This document shows positions 9,501 to 19,516 of a DNA stretch of 64,000 bases, piece by piece. Made by a program: the position numbers and the translations under genes. The stretch is from Fimicolochytrium jonesii (taxonomy: Eukaryota): positions 186,001 through 250,000 of the forward strand of contig NW_026515697.1 in the NCBI RefSeq assembly GCF_025526975.1, read 5' to 3'. The notes beneath the pieces were generated by a model that saw nothing but the letters and a program-made list of their open reading frames with translations, searched no databases and was not told the DNA's origin. Position 1 is the first letter of the stretch. Every line of letters starts with the position of its first letter.

Positions 9501-12500
9501 ATGGCATGGTTTGCGTGAAGCGCGTTCAGTGCCGCCTGCAAGATCATTGTCCGTCCTCCCACCAATAGCTGCGAGCCCGTGGTAGATGGCCGAACAACGC
9601 CCTCTTTCGATACATGTACGACCTCGCTGAAATTTTGGTGAGTGTCCAGAAACGCCATGACGTTTGTGAGTCCATTGAAGAGACGAATTGTGGCTGCATG
9701 TAGGAATGCAGCCAATCTGTTAAATGACTCCACCTCCTTCAACCGCGCGCATGCCACCTCGCTGGTGTAAGCGGTGTCGTCCTTGCGCATGCCAATGGCG
9801 GCCTTGCTCCGTGGTTCCTGTCCTGGTACAATTGGCAATGCCTTGACATCCACGGGAGCGGAGATTGACCGGCAGTAGAATCCTTCATCCGCAAACCGAC
9901 TGCCAATCTCCCCAACAGCACGTAGACGTGCCTGTCCGCGCTTCAAGTGAAGGACTTCTTCCGTTGTGAGCTCAGCACTCTCTGTGGCTTCGTGGTTTGA
10001 TCGATTTCGAAAAGCCTTGCGGCATAACGTCACATCCGACGACTTCATCAACTCCACAATCTCTTGTCTTTTTGGGATCCTTCTTCCCGAGACGAGTTGT
10101 GATTTCCAGTATTTTCGGGGTCCGGGAAAGTAAGGGGCTATCTCAAGTGGTATGAGAGAATCAAGCACAAGCTCCTGCCAGGTTCCCCACACGCGTCCAA
10201 CTCTAAAGTGCCACTTGATGTGTTCGTACAAGCGGTCGTAGATCTCAAGATCAAGCCCATTGGCAGTCCAGCTTGGGATCAGTCCAAGAATCCTCGCTTG
10301 CAGCTCCGTGAATGTCCGTACAATCAATGCCATGTACCGCCGTTGTGTAGTCTCATCCGCAAACTCTGACCCTTTCCCCTTGATGCTATTAGGTTTGAAG
10401 TTTTTCAGAATACCATCAATGTGCATAACATCGGGCATCTGTCGTCCGAGGAGGGCTGGGTGGAAGAGGGAGATCACTTGAATAGCCCCAAATGATGCCG
10501 TATCCACTGAGTGCTCTGGTAGTGCGGTTTGGCCATCAAAATAGTAGTTTTGACCAAAGTAGTACGCAACGGACTTTCCATAGGTCACGATCATTTTGAC
10601 GTCCAGCCCTGCTATTTTGCATAGTTGCAGTGACACGTCATTGAGTGCCATTATGACCTCTGGTATGACGGATGGGATTGGGTCATTGTTGCCCGCGGTC
10701 GTTGGAGACGTGTCCTCATGCTGTGAGGCTATTCCTTTGCCACTGCCGCGTTTTCTGCCGCTCCCACGTGAGCGATGGAAGCTTAGGGCCGGTGCATCCT
10801 GTCCAGCGCCATCCCCATTGCTGGGAGTGTATACGTAGCCCGCGTACTTGGAAAAATAGTGTACCGAGTTTTCCTGAGCAAACGTGACGCGGTTGGGATG
10901 GGTTATAGTCTTATGAGGAGCGGGGCCATTTCCAAGAGCGGCGAAGCTGTTGCCACTTGGTGATGTGGATGTGGATGTGGATGTGGATGTGGATGTGGAT
11001 GTGGATGTGGATGTGGATGTGGATGTGGACGTAGATGTTGATGTGGATGTAGATGTCGAGGTAGATGTTGATGTGGAGGTAGATGTGGATGTAGATGTCG
11101 AGGTAGATGTCGAGGTAGATGCGCTTGAAGATGACGGAATTGTTGAATCACAGGTGCTTGTCGTGCCATTTGAGGAGGTGCTAGTTGAGGTAGATGTGGA
11201 TGTCGATGTGCTTGTCGACGTGCTTGTCGATGTGCTAGTTGATGTGCTAGTCGAGGTGCTTGTCGATGTGCTGGAACCGGAGGATGGGCCATTTGCCACT
11301 GCCATTCGTTGAGATTTCCTAACACTGGCGGAAAACGGGATAGGAAGTTCTCCCATTTCCATATCACACTGTCGTTCCAGCACTTCGTCATCGACGGTCG
11401 CAGTGGTTTTTCCATTTTTGGCCTTCTCTTTAGCCTTTCCCTTAGCCTTCCCTGTAATTGATTCAGGGGGTACCCGCTGAAGCGCACTGCAGTACCAAGC
11501 CTGCTCCAGTACCAAGTGCACCGCGTGATCTCCAGCAGGTTCCGGCAGATCCGCGTATTTCACTGCATTGATGAAGTTCCCCATGAACCGTCCAGTGAAC
11601 GACTGTCCATTGAACCCATAAACTGCATTGATTGGACACATTAGCATCTCAACTACAGTCGGGAGCTTGGGTTGCCCGGGGATGTCAAGTCTCAGGCGGT
11701 TCACTTTACACAATGTCACTGCAAACGGGAATGGGAAACCAAGGTATGATTCAATGAGATCACAGGCGTCCTCGATGGACTCTGCGCTAAGCAGCCGCTC
11801 CTGCAGTGTTTGAAGCGGTCCCATCGAGCCGCGGTCTTTGATGAATTTCCAGAAAAGCTCGGCGTGTTTCTGGCAATCGGGTGCCGAAGGGACCAGGCCT
11901 TCCCCATCCAAGCATTGGAGAAGCCCGCCGTCCGCTACAAACATATCAAGGTTTGACGAATTGATGTCATAGATCCTGGAAACCTAATAGTGTAGTAAGA
12001 ACGGTCAGGGTAAGCATTTCATTCGTTGACACCGGAAGAATGACAATGCCAAACCTCAGGCTCAGCAAGTACGGGTACGCTAAAAGCTCTGGCCTGTGCC
12101 AAGGTTTCCCTCTTCTTGGCACCACGCTCGCGGTTGAGCTTGTTCTTTCTCTCACGCCTAATCCGCTTCATCAGCGCCTCCTAGAAAGCAGATGTCAGTT
12201 CATCGTCGCCGACATGCCATATGTGATATATAATGATGCATTACTTCATGTGACTTACCGGTGATTCAATGCCAAGCGCATTGGACGATGCTCTGACAGA
12301 CGAGTTAGAATCGGCCCGGTCGTCGGATATACTGGAGGCATTCCCATCCGGGGACTGCGTTGAATCAGATTCGGTGTACGTGCTGGATTCCGACTCCGAC
12401 TCTGACTTGGATTCAGACATGGTCAAGAGCTTAACCGCTTGACGTCCTTTGGATTTGGCACGTCGAATAAGTTTGGATGGATGCGCTGTAGTGTGTGGCA

Positions 12501-13284
12501 CAGACGGACTATCATCCATTCTGCGCTTCCGTCCCTTTCCCCCTCCGCTACTCTCATCCATTCTGCGCTTCCGTCCCTTGACCCCTCCGCTACTCTCCTC
12601 CGTGCGTCGTTTGCCTCTCTTTGGAGCGATATCCTCGTCCGAGCTGATTTGGAGTGGACGCTTTGGGGGCGTTTTGGCAGGCTTCTTTGCCAGACGCGCG
12701 GATCGGCATTGAGGTAGAACTGGTCGGAACCCATCATCGATGCTGTCCAGGGATCTGATGGGTTCTCTGGTATGGTCATTGATGAGTACTTCATAGTGTT
12801 TACCACTGAGCACAAGGTAGTACGTAGGCCAACCCGTGGCGGGTGTAGGGTACATGGGATTTGGCTCGTAGTGCGTCAGACAATACCTGCCCCCCACTGA
12901 GTTGAGGGTGAACACTCCAAATTGCACATGGTAAAGGTTGGCGAGAGCGGCTAGAGTGAACCCATCCCCCCACTGGCGATCCTCACTCATGGTGGAGAGA
13001 AAGGTTACAAAGTCGATAGGTGCATCCACCGCACTGAATGCGGTGTGATCGTCGTCGTTGTTGCGCTGCTCAAGGTAGGACTCCAGATAGAGGGTGTCGT
13101 ATCCTAACTTCTCCATGTCAATGCGCATGTGTGTAATGAGTGCCCATCTAACTTCGCCGTGTTGGTTCTGATCACCGTGCATGCAGTGGGCAACCGCGCG
13201 GAATTGGCAGTTCCCATCCGCCTCTATGTCAGCGACATCCGTATCAGGCGGTAGTGGAACTCCACGTGCGTTTCGGTTTGACAT
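6503..13284 (-). CDS. Giant OTU / UDG-like / Fanzor (TnpB-family RNA-guided nuclease) fusion, about 2210 aa; exons 13284-12259, 12180-12055, 11983-6503
   Basis: RuvC-I ISIDPG (D at 7370-7372), ILPAF with the displaced Glu in SEAWST (6758-6760), Zn finger CxxC...CxxxxC, and RuvC-III DRDENA (6638-6640). TnpB-type N-terminal motif RSHRISFQMTHEQK at about 8655-8612. OTU motifs DGNCQFRA, WGD and HYE. Two phase-0 GT-AG introns with CTGAC branch sites join the OTU ORF in frame to the 1813-aa ORF. Confidence 0.85.
10961..11270 (-). repeat. Coding hexamer microsatellite encoding (Ser-Thr)n tracts
   Basis: (gatgtg)n and variants on the + strand; translates as two long STSTST runs within the fusion protein. 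Confidence 0.95.
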
Positions 13285-13614
13285 GTCGAGCAAGGTGGTC
13301 CTGTTGACCAGAGGCAGATGGATTAGGATCTCGCGAGTTTCGATGAGGCTGTCGAAAACTCCATGCCGTTCATGGACATGGGGTTCAACGAGCTCCCACC
13401 CACCGCAGCGACAAAGGCGATGGCATATTCACCTGAATTGAACGATGCGATCCGCGTCTATGCCTAGATCCAGTAGGTGTGCGGTGTTGAAAGTCCAAGT
13501 GAGGGAGGGAGTATGGAGCGAAAAGAAAGGCGACACTGGATATTCGACAGCTCGGCGGAGTATGTACAGTACATACTGTACAGACAGTACGTGACTGCGT
13601 TTGTCTCGCGTTGG

Positions 13615-13646
13615 CCCTAACCCTAACACTACGTAACCCTAACCCT
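13615..13646 (-). repeat. Telomeric tract upstream of the OTU-Fanzor gene
   Basis: ccctaaccctaacactacgtaaccctaaccct on the + strand, which is TTAGGG on the gene's sense strand. Confidence 0.85.
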
Positions 13647-14037
13647 TCACAAGCGTTTGCCCACTGGATCTGGAGGCGTGAGAATCGGACTTTCCAAGGG
13701 AACGAGGGAACCGGACTTTTTCTTCAGGATCCTTCCAAACGGGTATAAAGGCAAGCCAGCGCTGACATTTCCACTGCACGCATAACCTACATACTACCGA
13801 CCGCTTCAACTTCAAGGTAACAGGATCCACATTCTCACTCCCAATCCCTACCCGATCCATGCCCGCTCACTCACACGCTCTCTCTCTCGCTCTCTTGGGA
13901 TCAGAACCTCGGGCATACCTCCACGCCGTGCATCCACACCTGGAAGGAAGGAACAGACCGTAACACTATAGGTGAGAATTAGAAGCCGCACACATTACCA
14001 AAACCGATACTCTCGCGCTCTTACGCGCTCTCGACTT

Positions 14038-14133
14038 CCGCAATCGCTTGAGGTGTAGCCTGGATTTGGGCACTCGCGGTACGCTCTCTCCACTCCCGCA
14101 ATCGCTTGAGGTGTAGCCTGGATTTGGGCACTC
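14038..14133. repeat. 38-bp perfect direct repeat in two copies (14038-14075 and 14096-14133)
   Basis: ccgcaatcgcttgaggtgtagcctggatttgggcactc occurs twice with a 58-bp period. Confidence 0.95.
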
Positions 14134-14322
14134 TTGGGTCCTATTGTACTCTGGACGAGGAACGTAGTCCTCTAGAGTCTATGGACGAGGAGGAGGTTGC
14201 TTAGTAAGCTCTCTCTATTTTCTTCTCGAGTGACAGTATAAATAACAGATTACTGTGCGTATAGCTAACGCATGACTGAAGGCTACGGTGGGGAGGGATG
14301 GGATGGTCCACCTCCAGCGCAT

Positions 14323-14856
14323 TTAGGAGTCAATGTCCAGGGAAACCCGTAAAACCTTTAAATAGTTGTTGATTGCGCCGTGGAAGGCGATGGATTGAGC
14401 GGCGAATGCGGCGTGAGGAGGAGGTGCTTGATCGCGCCGTAAAGGGCGATGTTGATAAATAAACCGGTTTGTGCGGCGAATGCGGCGTCGGAGGAGGTGC
14501 TTAGTGCGGTGGGTAGTGAGGTGGGATACTAAGCAACCTCCTCCTCGTCCATAGACCGTTTTCGAGTCCGTTATCCTCATCATCATTCTCCGGTGCGAAC
14601 GGGAGGTGACGACGTTTGGTTGTGCGCTTCTCGGCTGCTTGAATGTCGCGAAGGGATGGCAGCGGTTGGCTCATGGCGATGAACACCGGCTGCGTGTCCG
14701 GTTTAGGATGGTCTTTTGAAGCCGCGGGCGAGGAGGAAGTTCGCCGGGCTTCAGCGCGAGGACAACGGGCGCCTTTTTGGCATGAATTGCGTCGAGGCGG
14801 TGTTTGGGGATGGGGATGTATGTACTTGCCGTCGAAGTAGTTTTCAGAAGCGCCAT
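14323..14856 (-). pseudogene. Possible fragmented basic/Pro-rich ORF
   Basis: Three overlapping short minus-strand ORFs in different frames starting from ATG 14856, with an internal duplication (ggcgaatgcggcgt..gaggaggtgctt, two copies). No recognisable domain. Confidence 0.3.
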
Positions 14857-14911
14857 CTAGACGCCCGCCGTCATATGGGGTGGGTCTGAAGGGTTCTCGC
14901 GGCGGATTCGA

Positions 14912-14988
14912 TTACCGCCTTCCTCGCGAAGAAACTTAGAGGTAGGGTTAGCACTCCGCGCAAGGTAACCCTTGCGAAGGTAACCGGC
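14912..14988 (+). promoter_or_regulatory. Island-specific ~55-bp motif, copy 2
   Basis: ttaccgccttcctcgcgaagaaacttagaggtagggttagcactccgcgcaaggtaacc followed by a partial extra aaggtaaccggc. Confidence 0.55.
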
Positions 14989-15095
14989 TGTGATGAGAAC
15001 CTCACAATGTATTCAGTTGTAGAAAAACGTAACTATCGAGGTCACAAGGACGAAGTCCGACGACAAAGAGTAGGGTTATTGTGAGAGAAGCACGT

Positions 15096-15166
15096 CCCTA
15101 ACCCTAATCCCATCCCTAACCCTACCCTTGCTCTATAACCCTAACTTCCTATCCCTAACCCTACCC
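15096..15166 (-). repeat. Degenerate (CCCTAA)n tract
   Basis: Several ccctaa/ccctac units separated by short spacers. Confidence 0.8.
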
Positions 15167-15332
15167 CATGCATCCACGTGACATTACAGTAGTTTATTGT
15201 GTACAACCCTACCTGTCGGGTTGGAGCCCTTGCTTCCTTTCTTCGTTCTTCATCCTGCATAGAGCTGGAGACGTTGACAATAGATACATCATCGAGCTTT
15301 CTCTTACAGTTATGCAACTAATATATGGGCAC

Positions 15333-15360
15333 GGTTAGGGTTAGGGTTAGGGTTAGGGTT
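15333..15360 (+). repeat. Telomeric (TTAGGG)n tract
   Basis: ggttagggttagggttagggttagggtt, overlapping a 20-bp tandem duplication at 15355-15394. Confidence 0.95.
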
Positions 15361-15642
15361 ACGTTACACCTTCAAGGGTTACGTTACACCTTCATATGTA
15401 TGTATGTATGTACAGCTGCGCGTCGTCGGCAAACGCCTTTTTCTTCCAGTATCTTTTCAAGGTCAAGGCCAAGATTCCATGGCCCATTCCCAGGTGATCC
15501 CATGGCCCATCCCCAGGTACATACTGGTGCAGGCAGAAGATATAACAGCCTTCCGCGCGGAATTATCACACTTATTGTTCTCGCAGAAGCTTCCCCACTT
15601 TGCCATTCGGCTCAAGCTATGAAGCTATGAAGCTATGAATAA

Positions 15643-16160
15643 GTGGAAACGAGACAACAAAGAGAACGCGGCGGCCATGGCGGGAGGTTGGTGTCCGCAG
15701 TTCAGGACTTCCTTTGTTCTGAAGTGTTCCGGCGGCTCTGTTTCTCGGTTAGTCAGATGTTCGACAAGGTGGACCCGGGCATGGCAAAAGAATACCGGGA
15801 AGCGTTGAAACGGATGGCACCCGCACACAGAGGATTTTGGGCATCAAATCCTTGCCAAAAGACTTTCGCAATGGTTGTGCTTGTCATCAACGAGTACGTT
15901 CTCAAGCATCGTGACCTGAAGGAGGCCAAAAACGGATGATGTGCTGTCGTGTGCCTCTGCAGGTGCCTCCGCGACTTCAAAGACGGTGGTGAATTCTGTC
16001 TTCCCGGTCTGGGGTTGCGTATTCCTGTTCGGTCTGGGGTTGCATATTCCTGTTCCTGTACCCGGGGGCTCCTTTCGACGGAATGGAGAGATTCAATGCC
16101 TGCAGTGTGAGCATATCGCTCGGCGCTACTTGCGCTAGAAGTTTCCGACGTGAAATCCCA
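15643..16160 (+). pseudogene. Disrupted TET/JBP-like 2OG-Fe(II) dioxygenase
   Basis: Reading through the stop at 15937-15939 gives VINEYVLKHRDLKEAKNG*CAVVCL...DFKDGGEFCLPGLGLRIP, i.e. HxD...G(W)CA...DF..GG.(L).LP.LG. TGA stands where TGG is expected, and a ~25-bp duplication near 16005-16055 shifts the frame. Confidence 0.65.
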
Positions 16161-16393
16161 AACTTTTCTGATTTAAAACATAACTACGTATACAAATATT
16201 GCAAAAAATGATGAAGAGAGGATAGGCAGACTGAGATCTACAATGAATGAATGTGCAAACGGGAATGCGAACATGCAAACGGCAGAAAATAGAGGGATTA
16301 TGCTAGGGAAACGGACACTAAGGAACTAGAAGGAAAATGAACGAACAAGGTGAATGAAAATGATTACGCCGCAACAGATGACGCCGCACCGAT

Positions 16394-18495
16394 TTATGCA
16401 GCCCCTGTCGAACTGGATCCACCAGCTCCACCCGCACCGGAACCAGAAGGACCGGCCGCAGAACCTGAACCAGAAGGACCGGCCGCAGCGGAACCAGAAG
16501 GACCGGCCGCAGCGGAACCAGAAGGACCGGCTGAAGGACCAGCCCCGCCCGCAGTCGCTCCACCATCACCAGTCGCCGCCCGGTGAAGAGGCAAGTTTCC
16601 ACGAACCGCAAAGATGCTGAATCCGTTCCACAGAAGTTGTTGGAGAAGCGCGCTCTGTGGATATGCTCAATAAGTATATCCCCTTTGAGTATACGCCCAA
16701 CATAAAGAACCCTTACCATGTAGGCAGTTTCAACTTGCTCAGGAGCCCTCGCGGTTGAATCCAAAATGTACCATACGCCCTCGAAGCGACGAAAAGCCAC
16801 CCAGTGGTGGTTCTGATGGACGATGAAGGCCTCTTCCTCTTGAGCCAAGTCGCGGGCGCCGTTCACAAGGTCATTTTGAAGCTGCGTAACCGAGATATTT
16901 TCACGGCGCAACGCGAGTTCCAAGACATCAATGGCATAATTGCCATCGGGAGACCACAAGGAATTCGCTGGAAGCCCGTCAGCCGCTTCCAAATGCACTC
17001 CAAGTGCATTCATAGCGGCCTGGTTGTAACGATGCCGCTGCAGAAGATTGTTGACAACGTGCATCCCACACAAGAGCTTATGTTGGTGCTCATGGTATAT
17101 ACCGTCATGCACCGTCATACGCACACCGTCCACCGTTGTGAACACCTTCTTCTGCCTCTTGCGAGGTCTTTCTTCTTCAACCGAGTCATCCTCCGCTCGC
17201 TGCTTGCCTTTGTCCTTGTCCTTGCCCTTTTGCTGCTCTTTGCGTTTGCGCTTGCGTTCCTTCCTCTCCTTTTCCTTCTCCTTCTCCTTCTCCTTCCCCT
17301 TGTCCTTCTCCTTCTCCTTCCCCTTGTCCTTCCCCTTGTCCTTCCCCTTCTCCCTCTTCTTCTCCTTCCGTCGCTTTTGCCTTTCGAGGTACGTCTCAAT
17401 TGGCGGTTCAGCAGGAAGATTGGCGGGGACTGGCAAATTACCAGTCTTGTCTGCGATCTTTATGAACTCGCTATTCCCGCCCTTACATTTCCTCATATGT
17501 CGCTTGAGTCGACCGTAGAAACCCCTCTTGAGCTGTTTCTTGCTGATTTTCGATGGAGCCATATCGCGCGTGCTTTCGTGTATGAAACCGCAGCGTTTGC
17601 ACTTCCACTTATGATCCCGATGGGCATCGTTGACCGCCGGAAGTTTCGAGTGGGACAATGGGACCGTGATCCCAGTCATAGCTTTCACTTTGTTGGTGAG
17701 TTTGAGAAAGCGATTCGAATGCAAATGGCGTCTTGTCTTGTCCTTATCCATCACCGTCTTCTTCTTTTTTCCGATGAGGAGATAGGCGTGTAGTAAGTGA
17801 TGAAGGAGGACCGCGAGGAGTTGGGACCGTTTGATTGATGGATTATTCATTGATTTGTTGATGTTGATGTAAAAACCGGTCTTTTTCCGCTTGTCCCCCT
17901 GTTTCGCCTTGCTCCGCTCGAAACCTGATGTAGCCATGCTCTTGCTTAGCTTCCTCCAACGGATCTTGATTTTGTCCCGTACACGATCACGTCCAAAGAG
18001 ATACTCATAAAACTTCCCGAACTGCTTCTCGAGGTCGGCAGTATTGAAGTCTTTCGTGTCAATCGGGTCAAGCCACTCGAGTTCGGGGTTGTTTGCGTGC
18101 TCGCGGCTTGACACCCAGAGATCTCTAGCCGTCTCTTTGATGTCGTGGAGGAGTTTTGCGGACTGCTCTGCATTTACTTTATCCCGTTCCTCTTTGTCGG
18201 TTTTGGGGTTATCCTCCCAATCCTTCTCCTCCTCTTCATCCTCCGATCCTGACCCCTCTTGAGAGTCGTCTTCGTCAGTCTCGCTGTCGCTGTCACTGCT
18301 GTCAATCTCACTGCTGGAGTCGGAGCCTTTCTCGGATTCTTCATCGGAGTCTTTCCCCGAGCCTTCTTCATCAGCATCTTCCTCGGACCCTTCTTCGTGG
18401 GTTTCGTTCTCCGAGCCCTCCCCATGGGATTCTTTGTGCGAGCGACCGTCGTCGTCGCTACCGCTCCCGCTGCTGTCACTTTCGTGGCTGCTCAT
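16394..18495 (-). CDS. SprT-like zinc-metalloprotease fold fused to a Josephin (ataxin-3-type) deubiquitinase, about 679 aa; exons 18495-16717 and 16654-16394
   Basis: SprT: LLAVLLHHLLHAYL, HSNRF, WKCKRCG...RHMRKCKG. Josephin: IYHEHQHKLLCGMHVVNNLLQ, GNYAIDVL, HHWVAFRR, YILDS. Removing the 62-nt GTAAGG..CAG intron restores the Josephin end SALLQQLLWNGFSIFAVRGNLP. An extra 5' exon is possible. Confidence 0.88.
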
Positions 18496-19254
18496 ACTGG
18501 CGCCTGAGGTTCCGGGTGTAGTCTGTGCACCAGCTGCTGTATATGGTCCGGGAAGGTCAGATGCCACTAACGAGAATAGCAAGACGGGCTGTCAGAATGT
18601 CACCCACACGTACCTGCCGTTTTAGACTCGTCGGAAATGAGGAGCTCAGCTCAAGTCAAGTTTTGAGCGGTAATAGCTATACGACGAGCTTCGGTTGCTT
18701 TGGAGCACCTACGAGGCCGATGCAGGAGAGAAGTCGGCAATTAGGACGTTAGTTGTAGGAATGGAGCTGTCGAAAAATGGCCAACGACACTCCCGCCTTT
18801 GCGCCTCGGGAAGGCAAAGGTGACAGAGCGGCTTCGCTTCCTTGTCAACCACTCACCGCACTACTCACAGTGCTTGAACTGGGGTAAATGGGCTGCTTAC
18901 TTGGCGACAAGATGTGCAGATTGCACTTATACAGTACAGTACATGCACAGCGAGTGCATGCGTAGGGGAGAAATAGGAAGGAGGGGGGCGTCTTGAATAA
19001 CGCGAGGCAGTTGGGCGACGACGCGTCGAATTGGACGCATTCAGATACAGGTACTGCACTGTATGTACTGTATGTACTGTACCTATACAGTACTGTACTG
19101 TACAAGTATGTGAACATAAACGCGTCCGAGCTTGGCCGGCCACCTGCCCCAGCAATGAGGAGTCGCGCACGCACTCGTGTATCTAACCCTAAGAGATGAT
19201 GGAACTCGTCTCCTATTCCTACACATGCATTACCTTTCTACTACCATGGAATAG

Positions 19255-19461
19255 CCCGCTCTCTCTCTTCGACGGACTTCCGTGCGCCTAGAAAAGGGAA
19301 CGGGTGGAGCAAAGTTCCGGAAGTTCGTCATCGAGCAAGGAGAAGATGGCAAACTCCGCTTGTATGCCGAGAAGCGTGTGCGAATGCGAACTGCACCCCA
19401 GAGAACAGGATCGATAGATAGTCGCATTGAATATGCTCTCACGGCAATTGTGGTGGTTTAA
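19255..19461 (+). pseudogene. Remnant or small exon paralogous to the ORF-A C-terminus
   Basis: AKFRKFVIEQGEDGKLRLYAEKRVRM (19309-19386) versus AKYRKFTVEGGVDGKLRIYTEKRVRI (6207-6284): 18/26 identical. Confidence 0.75.
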
Positions 19462-19516
19462 TATTTTCAATATATCCACATTCACCCCAAAAAACAAATA
19501 CACGAGGTTTATGCCA

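Noticed and set aside
10903..11487. ORFs with HPHPHP and VDVDVD runs
   Set aside because: Alternative frames and the antisense strand of the (Ser-Thr)n microsatellite inside the Fanzor fusion.
16318..16716. Unspliced C-terminus of the 754-aa ORF (VLLVPLRP repeats)
   Set aside because: Read-through of an intron; the spliced frame restores the conserved Josephin end.
16804..17793. Leu/Phe-rich plus-strand ORFs resembling membrane proteins
   Set aside because: Antisense shadow of the K/E-rich linker of SprT-Josephin.
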